DNA of 64,000 nt from Tubiluchus corallicola (Eukaryota > Animalia > Priapulida). The translations under genes were made by a program, and so were the position numbers. The notes beneath the pieces were generated by a model, which was given only the letters and a program-made list of their open reading frames with translations, did not search any database and was not told the DNA's origin. Of the stretch, positions 23,901 through 38,900 are shown in pieces. The stretch is taken from contig JAQGDQ010000203.1 of the NCBI GenBank assembly GCA_030141605.1, forward strand, positions 62,001 to 126,000. Reading direction: 5' to 3'. How positions within the stretch are numbered: the first letter of the stretch is position 1; the number at the start of each line of letters is the position of its first letter.

Positions 23901-26900
23901 ACTTTCTCAATGCAAAGTAAATTACTGGTCTCTGACTGTCTTGAGGTCCTTGAATGAGGTGGTAAAATTAGGAAAGTCTATTAGTGCAGTAGTTCTTTTC
24001 AGATTTTTGTGCAACTTGACTAAAAAATATTGACAAAGTTTTAGTTTATCTGTACTAATTTCTGCTTTGGATTTGTTTGTTGAAAATATAGAAATATAAA
24101 GTAAATACTTACTTCAGAGACACCCTGTATATAAGCTATTAAAATACACTCACTACAATAGTTACACAGATTACAGTATTTAAAATCTACAGAACCATGA
24201 TGGAAAAAGAACTCACAAAAGTTATGCTGAAGATTTTTTTGCACGGTTTGGCATTTAGCAAGACAATACCTGGTACTTAAATGGACAGTTCTAGAGGAGC
24301 TTATGAAAGGAAACAGTGACCCACCATCTGATGTATGTATAACCACCTTCAACAAAATAAATAAATGGGGAGCCACAATACCAGATGAAAATGTCCAAAA
24401 AAAGCAGTTTTCTCAGCTGCCACCTGTTCATTTGTTGACCAGGTTCAGCATCGCTTAACCCAGGAGTTTTACCCTTCTAGAAAATAAGGAACGAGTATTA
24501 ATACAGAATGTAATTGATAAAAAGTTGTCTAAAAACATTCTAAAGGAAAGTAAATGAAGCATGCTGTATACACATCCGATGTGGCCGAGATACCTCTACT
24601 AGTTCATTAGAGGAGGCTATCCTTGCCAATAAGGCAAGCTTCTGCCATGCTACAAACATTTCATCAAGTGGCCTGCCTTTCTGTACTTTACTACATGCAG
24701 TGCACTGAAGTGTGCAAAAAAATTTTAACTTCATTTTTATAAAAATCAAAATACATCTCAACTGTATAACTTCATAGACTTTGATGACAAAGTAAGTATG
24801 TAAGTAAATGAATTTCAAGTAAAAGTAATGAGGTAATTAATTAATACTTATTAAAATGACAAATAATTTTATTAACGTTAGCAAATGTCTTTACCTGAGA
24901 TGCACATTTTTTAAATATATTTGTGGACATTACTTGACATTATTCGACGACAACAGTAACAGTTCTTAGACAAAATCATTAGCATTTATTTTTAGCACTG
25001 TATTTAGTCAAATAAACATTTATACACTTCTGTTGTACAGATATACCCGGAATGAAACATTTTTCTGCACAAAAACGACCTCGGCACATCAGTACTACTC
25101 CTACTAGCAAAACTGATGAATTTACATACTAGCAAAACTGACGAATTTGCAAAAAGTTTCAGAGGCGACAATTTCAGATAGAGTGACGGGCCTTACATCC
25201 AGCACAATGGTTAGAACACAAAAGAAGGGGAACATGAATGCAGGCTATACTTGCTTCGGTCCTACTGAAGGATACAAAAAGACCATAATAGACGATTAGC
25301 ATAACTATACACAGGAATTGAATATACGTATTTTAATTATACCATTAACATTTATGTAACTATATGCAATTATACAATCTACGACAACTAACCCTCAAAA
25401 TATTAATTAATTTTCATCTGTTCTTCTATTAAAAAAAATTTCAACTTCATTGTGGTGCTTACTTTGTTTTCGTATACTTTTCCAAATTGAGCAATATTTC
25501 GCGACCAACGTGCAAGTAGAAAGGATTTTTTGTAGCCTGATATAAAAGATATGTTGATTCCACCAGTTCTGGCCTTAAAGGATAAAACCTAAAATAAATA
25601 AAAATGCCAAAAACAAGCAACAGAACAGCTGATGAAAATAGTAGTGATTTTGCTGGTCTATGTATCTGCATGTAACACGCACGCACGCACACACATAATA
25701 TATATATATACATACATAATATTGTTACGAAGGCAAAATGCCATTTATTTTCACTTGCCACCCTCACATTGTGATGGCTCGATCCATTATAAAACGTTTG
25801 CATATCAGCATAACATACCAGGTATAAAGCTGCTGGTATAAAATGGCCTTGTCAATTCAGCAGGTATGGACACGTGCTTTTACCTTCACAGCACCTCTTC
25901 CACAAGCAAAGACCACCACAATGAGGTACAAAGGATAAGTTTACTGGCGAGAGATTTCTACAAATCTCTGTCTGCCCTTATGCAGCTGACATACAACACA
26001 CATATCCATGTATCCATGAACAAAGAAAGTTCATCATCATCTTGGCATTGAATCCAAACCATTCAGTATCTGAAATACGAAGGAACAAACCGACCAGGAA
26101 GCGACCAATCAGTGCCCCTGGTGGTGAGGAACCAGCATCGTTGCAATATATATATATATATCAATCCGTGCTTATCTGTGGCATGAAAAGTTCAACTCAA
26201 AGTTTACATGAGTCGTTTTTGTTTCTTTGAAGAAAGGCGGGATTAGATTTTCTTAATGTAAAACAAAAACAAAGCTTTATAAACTGCTGTGGCTTCTCTT
26301 TTATCTGGCAGCAATTCCTATCATACATATGTGGGATCATACCTGACTTCAGGGATTTTCATTCGCCAGTTATATCGTTCTGGTAGTACACCATATCGCT
26401 TCCATATTGAATAGTAAAGAGCATGAGCACAAATTGCCTCCTCTATGTCACCATTAAGTATCTGAAACACGTATCAAAACAAAAGTTACAGCAATACAAT
26501 TCAAATTATTCATAATATTAGTGACTTTTCTGCAATTTATAATGTATATATTTGCTAAACATTGATTATGTATTTAGTTTTTAAGTTTTAACATAAATAG
26601 GGTAATATACACATGTACACAAAATCTATCTGAAGCAACTGATGTCTAGCAAAAGGGGTGCCACAAAATTTGCAATAAAATATTTGCGGAGATAAATAGG
26701 GTATGCTATTTGTTGGTAAAGTTTAATTATGTAATGGCCCAGGACTTGAGGATAGTACAACATCTTTACAAAGCAAAGCAACAAGATATTTTTATTTAGC
26801 AGAGTATTCTGCAAACTGAGATCTGACTCCAGCAATAATCATTTATTTACTATAGGATTTAGAACCTAACTCATTATCAAGGATAATGCTCTAGGATGAC

Positions 26901-29900
26901 GCACTAAAAGAGAAGGAAGGAAATAATGGAATAGACATGGAAAGGGCTTAGCTATTGAAGTTAAAAAACACCAAACCTAGCCAATAGTAGCATCCATTGT
27001 TATCAATGACAACACCGTGGGACTCATGTTGCTCTATGTTTAACATGAAGCTGTAGCTGAGAAGGTCAGTCTGTGTTCAACATTGCAGGTCACAATGCGA
27101 GCACAAAGGTCACTCTACTGGTGATGTCCTGGTACTGCATGTCACAATGCGAGCATAAAGGTCACTCTATTGGCGATGACCTGGCACTGGAGGTCGCAAT
27201 GCGAGCACAAAGGGTCACTCTTTTGGTGAATGCCCGGTACTGCAGGTCACAATGAGAACACAAAAGGTCACTCTTTTGGTAAATGCCTGGTATTGCAGGT
27301 CACAATGCGAGCACAAAAGGCACTCTTTTGGTAAATGCCTGGTGCTGCAGTCATTAATGGCTGAAAGTGCCTTCACCAGAGTTTCCTGAGATAGTCTTCC
27401 ATTCAAGGTGTTTCGATGATATCAGCGCCAATGTTGAGAAAAGCATGCCACTTTGGTCCATTGGAGAGAAAGTCCTCTCAGTGGTCCACATCAATTGGTG
27501 TTTGCCTTCAGATCACACCATCTCCCACATGAGCTTGTCCGACATTTAGGTGCCAGTTCATTGGTGAAATGCTGCAGTGCATAAGTCACACCTGTCTACA
27601 GTCTTCTCTGCAGCAGAGTGCATAAGTCACACCTGTCAACAGTCTTCTCTGCAGCAGAGTGCATAAGTCACACCTGTCTACAGTCTTCTCTGCAGCAGAG
27701 TGCATAAGTCACACCTGTCTACAGTCTTCTCTGCAGCAGAGTGCATAAGTCACACCTGTCTACAGTCTTCTCTGCAGCAGAGTGCATAAGTCACACCTGT
27801 CTACAGTCTTCTCTGCAGCAGAGTGCATAAGTCACACCTGTCTACAGTCTTCTCTGCAGCAGAGTGCATAAGTCACACCTGTCTACAGTCTTCTCTGCAG
27901 CAGAGTGCATAAGTCACACCTGTCTACAGTCTTCTCTGCAGCAGAGTGCATAAGTCACACCTGTCTACAGTCTTCTCTGCAGCAGAGTGCATAAGTCACA
28001 CCTGTCTACAGTCTTCTCTGCAGCAGAGTGCATAAGTCACACCTGTCTACAGTCTTCACTGTAGCAGAGTGCATAAGTCACACCTGTCTACAGTCTTCTC
28101 TGCAGCAGAGTGCATAAGTCACACCTGTCTACAGTCTTCTCTGCAGCAGAGTGCATAAGTCACCTGTCTACAGTCTTCTCTGAGCAGAACACCCCAGTGC
28201 ATAAGTCACACCTGTCTACAGTCTTCACTGTAGCAGAGTGCATAATCCCTGCTACAGTCTTCTCTGCAGCAGAGTGCATAAGTCACACCTGTCTACAGTC
28301 TTCTCTGCAGCAGAGTGCATAAGTCACACCTGTCTACAGTCTTCTCTGTAGCAGAGTGCATAAGTCACACCTGTCTACAGTCTTCTCTGCAGCAGAGTGC
28401 ATAAGTCACACCTGTCTACAGTCTTCTCTGCAGCAGAGTGCATAAGTCACACCTGTCTACAGTCTTCACTGTAGCAGAGTGCATAAGTCACACCTGTCTA
28501 CAGTCTTCTCTGCAGCAGAGTGCATAAGTCACACCTGTCTACAGTCTTCTCTGCAGCAGAGTGCATAAGTCACACCTGTCTACAGTCTTCTCTGTAGCAG
28601 AGTGCATAAGTCACACCTGTCTACAGTCTTCTCTGCAGCAGAGTGCATAAGTCACACCTGTCTACAGTCTTCTCTGCAGCAGAGTGCATAAGTCACACCT
28701 GTCTACAGTCTTCTCTGCAGCAGAGTGCATAAGTCACACCTGTCTACAGTCTTCTCTGCAGCAGAGTGCATAAGTCACACCTGTCTACAGTCTTCTCTGC
28801 AGCAGAGTGCATAAGTCACACCTGTCTACAGTCTTCTCTGCAGCAGAGTGCATAAGTCACACCTGTCTACAGTCTTCTCTGCAGCAGAGTGCATAAGTCA
28901 CACCTGTCTACAGTCTTCACTGTAGCAGAGTGCATAAGTCACACCTGTCTACAGTCTTCTCTGCAGCAGAGTGCATAAGTCACACCTGTCTACAGTCTTC
29001 TCTGCAGCAGAGTGCATAAGTCACACCTGTCTACAGTCTTCTCTGTAGCAGAGTGCATAAGTCACACCTGTCTACAGTCTTCTCTGCAGCACAGTGCATA
29101 AGTCACACCTGTCTACAGTCTTTTCTGCAGCAGAGTGCATAAGTCACACCTGTCTACAGTCTTCTCTGTAGCAGAGTGCATAAGTCACACCTGTCTACAG
29201 TCTTCTCTGCAGCAGAGTGTATCCATTAGGAAGACCATCTTTAAGATTAATGAGTTCAATTTGCCCAAATTTCAAATCCGAGTTTTTCATCTCCTACAAG
29301 AGCTTGCCATCTGCTGAGCCCCATCTGTTTGCACTTGGATTCAGAATTATCTTTTCATACAGCAGCAGATGTGGCATGAACTTTGGTCAGGGTTGGCTCA
29401 AGATCGCCAAGGGACAGGAAATTTCACTATACTGTGCTCTTTTACAAAGATACTGGTTGCCTACCAGCATGTCAGCACCTCTGTTTGTCAGTCTTTACAT
29501 AGTCAGATTGTTTGATAAACTGCATGTTTATATGCTCATAGTTATAGAGAAAGAATATGAATTTAAATTTGAACATAACCAAGCTACCTGTGTCAGTTCA
29601 ATGCGTTCTTATAGAGGATAATACTTAGCTAGCTTTCAGCATTGTGATAATAGAAATGATTTAGATATTATTCGACAAGGCCTTTGTTCTATTGCACAGC
29701 AAACAAACTCATTAGAAAATTTGTTTATTGTACGAATGAAATAAAGAAGCAATTATTTATTGTGGAGAAAATTTGTATGATTATAATCTGCAACAGTTAA
29801 AAGTACCGTATAATATACAGATGAGGAAATTCTTTAATTGCAACTATGATTTTAGTGCTAGATCTATGTCTGTACAACTAAATTTAAAATACTTTGGTGT

Positions 29901-32900
29901 AATACATCGAAAATGTGTGTATAGTCGTTAACCCATTTGAATAGCAGTTCTAATGTAATTTGCATGACAATGTTTAAAAGTGATGTCCGTTTCAAATCAG
30001 AAAATACTAGCGATCTTTATTATATAGGCAAGAAAGTGCATTATGTCTTTGGTAATGCAGCGAACTAAAAAACTAAAAAGTAATCGAGATTTAGCTAACT
30101 GAAACTTTATATTATCATCAAGTCATTTACCTGTTTATTTATCTATTTATAAATGTATATAATTGTGTGAAATTGCATGTATTTGTAATAATATGAACAA
30201 AACTGTTCAAATTTAGTAAATCAATCAATCAATCAGTCAATCACCGTAGTGAAATTAAAGAACAATTCTATTCTGTTTTGCAAATCATAGCAAATAATTG
30301 GAAATTGAAATTGTCAAATGGGTTGGTCTTAAAGTGTTGTTCTTCAATAATTTCTTGAAGGTACAACAGATTAATTTTCTGAAGAAGAAGCATTTTATAC
30401 CACTTCTTTCTCATATTAATGACAGAATAAATGAAACATGAAAGAAAGTCAAATTAAGTAATTTCATGTCATGAGAAAGAGTGTCATTGTCTTACCATTA
30501 CTCCAGGGAAAGCAGCCTGTAAAGAGTCTATCCATGTGGTAGCTGTCTGACCACTGGTCATGTGTACATTCACGTATAATGGATGATCACCTTCACCTTC
30601 ATTGCACTTTGTCCTTCTGCAAATGCAAGAAAGAGCAATGAAAAGTTAAGCTTAAATTTGCAAAAATGCCTTTCAAAAACATTTTATGAAATTAAAATTT
30701 GCAAGTTAAACCTGGGGTCTAAAGTCTTCTGCCAGTAAAAACTGTCATTTACAGCAAAAGCCCATTTAAGGGTGATCAGGAGTGACTCAAATCAGGCTGT
30801 TTCAACTGGAAAATGGGACCTTCATTACAAACAACATCACCTACCTACAAGAAATTAACTAGGAAGGATGTTTTTGTGGAGTCAAGGATAAAAAGAGCTG
30901 ACCAAAATTTCTTTATTTTTACATACAATGGCAAGTAGAAATTTAGAAGATCAGATGATCAGAATAAAGTTTCACACTGATCAACTGTGTTTTTTTTTAA
31001 ATATCCATCATAAGACTTGGACAAGGACTGATACAAATGATACGTGCATATTAACCAGATTTACTGTAATCTATGTTTAGGTGCGTCTGGAGTACTGCAA
31101 AACTTGGTAATTGATAATAATGTTCGATACAATTCACCCCAAACAAAGCCAATGATCACTCAAGATAAGTGAATAAAGGAAGAAAGTAAAGATATGAATA
31201 GGTATCCAGAATAAAAAAAAATTTACATATCTAATTTGCTGGAGAAAAAACTATATAATATATATATAATGTTGTAATGACAGCTAAATGCCATTTATTT
31301 TCAGGCCCACCCCCTACTTTTGTGCTGCGTGCTATAAACACAAATTGGCCACACAAAGAGATAACTATTACTCTAAATATACATTATATGTGTAAGCAAT
31401 ACAGTGCAGCACAAATACACATCTGCTCAATCAAAGATAAGTGAAGACTGTATACAAAAGTTGTAATAATTTATAAAAGGTGAAAATTTGAAGCTAAATA
31501 CATTCCTTGTGACATTAGAAAAACAGTGTTAACATTTCATCACCAATCAAATGAATCATCAGGCATCACTAAGACAAGTAAAACAAGTAAAACATAAAGC
31601 TTTTATTCTTCTCATTGTTATAAACAGAGATTTAGTCACCACCCACATGCTGTTTAATGTAAAAACATTGTGAGCAGCCATTTAGTCAATCGACAAAACA
31701 ATGGCAACTAGCAAAGGTACAATATCTTATATTCTGTGGTTACTGCCTCACCAAATTAAAGCAAACGAGCAATATCTAAAAACAATTCTTGCTTTTTTCA
31801 ATTTTTTCAAGTGTAACAGACTAAATAATACTTGCCCTTTCCTCATAAATTCCTTGACAGATCTGTAAGCTTTTTTGAACATCATCAGGTCACTGACATC
31901 ACCAAACAAAATGTATGACTTGAGCAAATATTCATAGAATGAGTCATGACCAGCACCAATGCCACTCAGCTTGCCTGTCCATTCACCAGTCATCATATTA
32001 ATCACATTGCCTAAAATTAATTAGACAGTACAACATACAGCGTTAAACAAATAAATTTAAATCAGGTATAATTAAACAAGTATATGTTTATATACCACAA
32101 CAAAAAGAAGTGGTTCTAATAAACTAAGATCAATGAATTCATTGGCTAATAGGCAAAAAATTTATCTTTACAAGAAAAAATATTTAATCAAACCTGAAAA
32201 TACAAAATAATAGCATGTGGATATGAAAATCCAATGTTTTGACACATCAGCAACTAAAGTCCAGTACAAATTAAAATATAAGATGAAGGATTTGTGAAGA
32301 TGTAACATTTAACATCCCAAAGTTAACCTAAGTTAACTAAATGACTAAGTAAGATGGTGATGTAGCAACCTGCCTTGTCATCTAACAACATCTAAAGGTT
32401 GAAAATCATCATTGCCTTTAACACACTATACTTACTACTAATAAACGAAAAATTATCAACCTAATTTACCAAAAAGATTTTAATCACTATTAACAAATTA
32501 AGCAACACTTGCTCACTGAAAGTTACATAAACATTCTACAGATAAGGTTTCAATTCATTTCAGTAAGACACTGTATAAAGATGGGAATTTTTCTCGTAAA
32601 ATATAGTACAAAGTGAAACGTTATTGAATAAATAAATGACTTCAATGTCTTGAGTGGGAAACAGCACTTGTAATTTAGTAGAATTTAGATTAATTAAGAC
32701 AAATGCTTTATATGATGGATTATCTAACTCAATGCTTAGATCATATAAATCATTCAGAGCAAAGTTTGCCTTGACCTTTGTTTGCATCCCAGCTCCAATC
32801 AAATCATTTGCACACTCATCTGCTGTTTCTCTCTCTCTCTCTCTCTCCCCTCTCTTGCTCACTCACTTTCCATTTCTTTTTCTCAAAGTTTGCTTACGTT

Positions 32901-35900
32901 TCATTGCAAAAATTTCATATTATTACTCTTTGGAAAATTTAATCACAGACTGGTGAAGTCAGACAGTATGTAGTACTTTGCAATTTAACACTTGAGACCG
33001 TTTGAACTATGGTGAGAAAAAATACATTAAAAGTTTAAATGTTTTTACCTCAGTTATATTTGAAACAAGCATAAGAAACACCTCTTTGGTTTTACAATTA
33101 AGTCAGGTGTTACCTAATAATCCAGTGGTTTTATCTCGATGTTTCCACAATCCTTGAATTGCACGCCTAGCTGAACCTTCATAGACAGGATCTCTGAGCA
33201 AACGACTTAGTACCCCCATCTCTAGCATTAATGATCCCGCACCAGCTGTGCAGGTCGTATTCCACGAATTCTTAGGTATTCCTTTTTTCAAGTTTACCTG
33301 CAAAATGTTTAGTTACAGTGGACGATATTGTGCTCTGCTGTTGCTGTTGAATTTTAATATCTGTTTAACCTTCATTCTTACTGCTGTTGCAAAAACAACC
33401 AAGAGGTTCAGCGGTCAAATATGGATCATTAAAACCATGTTGTAGTTGACAAATCAACTCAGAAATTTAAACAGAAAATTAAAGTGAGAAGTAGCCAGAA
33501 CCCTTCGTATATAATGCATTCTCATGTTGAATATAATTACGAAACAGGTGATCAGGTGATACATGCACCTGTCCATCTGTTTACTGAACCTATGAGGCTA
33601 TTCCATACCAACTACTTATAACTCTACGCAGTGCTGATATGGCTTTGTAATGGCTACAACCATCACTATTTAGAGGCAGATCGAAAAGAGATGGCATTTC
33701 AGCCCGTATCAATATTAAATACAATCAGCATTGTTAAATGACAGTGTCAAAAATTAATCAATGCTAAAACAAACCATAGCTAAATGATGGTAAAACATAT
33801 TTTTCTTAATGGTACATTTCTACAGACAATTCTTTCTCGAAAGTACTAGTTACAGTATCATATCATAAGAAATTGATAATTTTGGTTTTTATACTGCACA
33901 TGACAAAACAGCATTCTTACAATGCAAAAACAAATACCTTCATACGGCACATTATAGCTGGGCCTGGTAAATTCTAAAAACACTCAGCATATGACATTTA
34001 CATCAGTTATTCAAAAAACAATTCTGAAGTTTTTCTAGAAACTTTATGAATTTGACTGACAAGTCGCTTTTGTAGCCTATAGCACTAGGGGGTTTGCAGA
34101 AGATTACTTACAGATTATACACATATGACTTGTCAAGATCTTAAACACTCAGATCGAATACCTCTATGGCTTTTTCAAGCTTTGAAATGGTATAAAAGTT
34201 ACTTGATTTCAATGTGCTATATTTTCAAGTTACCCTTGGGAAGGGAATCATAGTGGGTGTATTGTCAAATGCTGGCAGAAGTCTGGAAGCCAAGTCATGA
34301 GCAAGGTCAAGCAAGTCGTTATCATAACCAGGAGGAACCAGATCACCAAATGGCTGCTGTGGGTCTGTGATGATCATATGAGCAGATAATAATCCACCAA
34401 GGACTCTGAAATACATTAACAAAGTAATGTGCAAGAAAGACGTTTTATGTAAAAAAGTAGAACAACTTTATGGTAAAGATCAAGATGCTTAAAAAAATTG
34501 ACAAATTTTATTTTGTAAATATTTTGTTGCCTAAATTTCATAAATTATCGATTAAACTTGGTTTTATTCAAATTACGCTTTAGCATTTCGGTTGATTTAG
34601 CCTGGATAGCTTAAAAGCTTCACAGTCATCAGCACTGAAAATATGCTGCATTGCTGTAAAAAGCATGCTACAAATGGTGCAGAAAGTTAAACTATATTTA
34701 TGCTTTATTTGAACTATTTTAGTCAAATCTTTTCGGCAATTTTTAACATCTAGGAGAAAAATAGGCAAGCTGGATAAATACTCCCAAAAATTACGAAAAG
34801 TTTTGGCTATGAAACCAAATAATTTTCCATAAAAATGAAGTTGAACCAAAAATGCAATTATCGGCAAACGGAAACAAAATTTTTGTTTCGGCAACATCCC
34901 TATATAATATCACTCTTAGCTGAGTACTATTTAAAAGTCTACTAGCTAAATCTCTTCAGTTTGAGATGTTGTAAAGTTTTTGTCATAAAATTTACATTAG
35001 TCATGTGATTGTCGTTTATTATAAATTCGGATGCAATTTTAGAGTAATTAGCATTTATATTAGAATAAACAACAGTATCAAAAAGATGATGAGTAAATCT
35101 TCATAAGTAAATGCATTTATTTCTAGAAACACAACATTTTGGTAGCTTTTTATGCCATTCTCAAGTGCTTAAAAATTTAGAAAGATTACTATTGGCAACA
35201 GTAATAACTAAACATTACTGAACACTACGAATGACATTATGCATACCTTATGTTGGCTTCAAATACTTGCACGGTAGTGTTTTTCTCAAAAGACAAGTGT
35301 TCAATTAAAAGAGAGACTGCATTTTTGAACTCCGTTGTGTTGCCCATTACCTATATTAAACAATACATTTAGGTTAATCAATATGAGTTTCAAATTTTCA
35401 ATTAAGTAGTTAATTTACTTATTTAAAGTAAATAAGCTTTTAAACTACTTAATGTAGTTCAATGTTGATTCTATCAAAACATATCATTATGCAAAGATTA
35501 GCCATAAATTCAATGTAACTCAAATTCAAAGCCACTAATGTAACGATGTTTCGGAGTTTAATATTTTTTAAATATAGAACATCACCATCATCTTGTGCCC
35601 ATCACATCTGGGCAGGCATTGGGTAGACATTGGGCAGGCAGAATTCTAAAATAAAAGAAACCTGCCTTTTAGACAGGTAAACACAGCAGTAATACAGCAA
35701 AAAACAAGACACTTCTATGCATGTGGCTTGTCAGCACCACTTCCTCTTCAATGACTGATATGACAGCTAGAAGAATGTACCTAAAATTAGTTATGAGTTT
35801 TGGTTCTCTCAATCTGTATTTGTGTTTGAACTTTCTTACTGCACCTCTTACAATGAATGGCTTTATTCTTATTTAAAAACTAAGTAAACCATTCCTTAAG

Positions 35901-38900
35901 AAAAAAAGAAAACAATTTCGATTTCGTGACAATCACAGTTGAAGGTTTTAGGTCATTCAATAATTTGGCATTAGTTTATCTGTGCAAACTTGGAGGTGGC
36001 TCAAAGACCATACTATTTTATAACTGAAATCAGTTTAGAAAATACAATTAATATTTACAAGTGGCTTGCAATTGCAGTCACAATTAAAATAAATGGATAA
36101 CAAGAATCTTTATATTTAGAATTTCACAAATTACTTGGATATTGTCAAAATTTACGTAAAAACTAGAAGAAACACGAGTGTGACTGTCAGACGTAAATGT
36201 AAATTCAGTGGCACTTACAGCTAATGTGTCCAGAACATCAATGAGTGTCAAACAGTAATCTCCCAATACATCATTAATATTAATATTGTAGCTAAAAAAC
36301 CAAACAAACAATAAAATTTGTATTTAATTCATAATATGAGTAAAAATGATTAAGAGTTATTGGTAAATGAGGTTAAAAATTAAGAATATGGATGTGGTAA
36401 AGAATATGGTAAAGGCAATAGTTAAAATTGCAGTAAAAAATAATAATAAACAGTGCATAATTGGCTGAGGGTAGCTCACAAGACCAGCAAAATGTTCCAA
36501 GGAAAGTGCACTATTATGTGTATTACATCATTAGTATTTTTGTGTGTAATTATGAATGCTGCCTATTTCTGTAAATCAACTACCTAGTGAAGCTGACAGT
36601 TATCAAACATATCAGATTTTCATTTATTTATACGGAAAAGAGTAATTCAGTATTGAACAAACTCAGACACGTACTTGTGCATGTTATATTTACCAGCACA
36701 CATTCACTTCATACAACTTTGTGAGTGAGAGAAATTAACCTTGGTTCCAAACTTAGTTCATCTTATGTCGTATATAAATATGCCTGTCATGAATGTGATA
36801 GATTTTACGCATGGCAGACCACAAGACAACTTCAGGTAGGAAGGAATGAGCATAATACAGCCTAATAGTGCACTGTTTGTTGAAAATAGTTGCAAATGTA
36901 ATGTCAATGTTTTGAAGGAAGATTTAGATGTTGGGAATAAGCTTCATTGGTTTGCTCATAAATGAAGCATATCTCACTAAATTGAAAAACGGAGGGATAC
37001 AGATATAAATTATTGTAATTTCCATTCCAACCTTATTTGGCATGTGAGGTTGTTTCAAATAGGTTTAGACCAGTTTAGAATGCAAAGTAGTTATCATTAT
37101 GTTACCATGTATGTTGAACATGGAGTCTGGTACTTCAAAACATCAGTCAAGGGATGTTTTGTAATTGTGCATTACAAATAACTTTTGGTCAAAATTTATT
37201 TGTCTTTACTACATTTACAACGTTAGTTGCAACCTAGAGTTCATTACTGTATTTGGTTTTCTGACATTTCTACCTGTTTGTTTTGCAAAAGGCATAGTGA
37301 ATGTAACACTCAACAATGGTCATTTAGATCAATAAAAAATAATGAAACGTTTGTAACTGAAGCATCGTATATCACCTACAACTTTAAGGAACATAGCTCT
37401 ATCTAGAACAACAATTAAGTTATGCAGGTTGAAAAGTGCAGTGTGATACCTAACATACATAATATTTATTAAACAGTTAAATTTTTTATAGTTATTTTGG
37501 TCAAGCATATGAAACAAACTATATAAGTGGTTATAAAAATATGAATCAAAATTACTCGACTGAGATTTTTTCAAGTAATAGCTATAATTAAGTTACCGAT
37601 GTCAAGCAAGCCACAAAAATCTAAAAGGTCTATCATTAGTTCCTCAGTTTGGCACATCGTAGTTTAGGACACTTGCTAAGCATGATATTAAGAGGATTGA
37701 TAAGCAGCAACAAGAATCCAGTTTTCATTGACAATTCAAATTCCACATAAATAATATCAATTGCTTCCTAAAAAGCCTAATCTTAAATATACAGTTGTGC
37801 CCACCACCATAAGTTTCTATTTTGTACTGAGATTTTAAAATTGTCAATTATCAGATGCTGTAATAATGCTAGCTTAGTTTCTGGTTCTGGAAAAATGGAA
37901 ATGTCCACTAGCACTATGCATAAGTGTAGAACTTGGGCAAAAAATGAAATGAGGTTATTAAATATTTCAGAAGCTAAAATAAGAAGTGGAACTGATTTCT
38001 TAAATTATATTTGGATAATACCAGGTATGTTCAATTACTGGATAAATTTTCACTTCTAGATAACTGAGAGATATTTGAAGCCATCAATGCAGCATAACGT
38101 CCACTTTTGCACATTAGTCACAGCAGTACAAGTGCAAGTTCCTACACACTTCCACTTTTGCACATTAGTCACAGCAGTACAAGTGCAAGTTCCTACACAC
38201 TTCCACTTTTGCACATTAGTCACAGCAGTACAAGTGCAAGTTCCTACACACTTCCACTTTTGCACATTAGTCACAGCAGTACACGTGCACTTTTGCACAT
38301 TAGTCACAGCAGTACACGTCCACTTTTGCACATTAGTCACAGCAGTACAAGTGCAAGTTCCTACACACTTCCCTGTACAAGCTTATAAAACTTACGTAAA
38401 GTCACGCATAGAAATTTTTGCACTAATGCACAAAATACTTTCAGTCACATTTTTTGTTAATAATTCATTGTTTTTAGTGACAGCATGCCATTATTGGCTG
38501 TTCATTCCGAGAATGACGACCGACACTGACCACTGACCAGCTTGATATTTTCAAATTGAATTGACACCAGTTTCATTGTCTTTCTCGGCATCCTCACAGT
38601 TGACATTGATAGCAAAGGAAGTCAGCTGATTCGTAAACTTGTAAACAAAGTTGCAGAATGCATGAGAACTGAAATTCGATGCATGTGATACACTTAAAAT
38701 GCATGTGACACATGCCTAATGCATGAGATTTGGCAGGTCTGGGGCTGGAAGGGTGCAGAACAGCCAGTTACTGTAATTCTGCTGCCTGCAGAAAATCAAT
38801 AAAATGTTCTCTTCACAGCAGCACATCTATTTATAGAGCGATATCGCTCACAATAACTGTAAAAATATGTACAAATGTTTAGATAAACATTCTACTTCTC

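Noticed and set aside
27576-29219. CRISPR-like regular repeat array
   Set aside because: Units are contiguous with no unique spacers, the array lies in a eukaryotic intron, and there are no cas genes.
38056-38536. Cys/His-rich repetitive ORFs resembling metal-binding proteins
   Set aside because: They arise because the 51-bp and 30-bp repeat units are multiples of 3; open in several frames on both strands, intronic.
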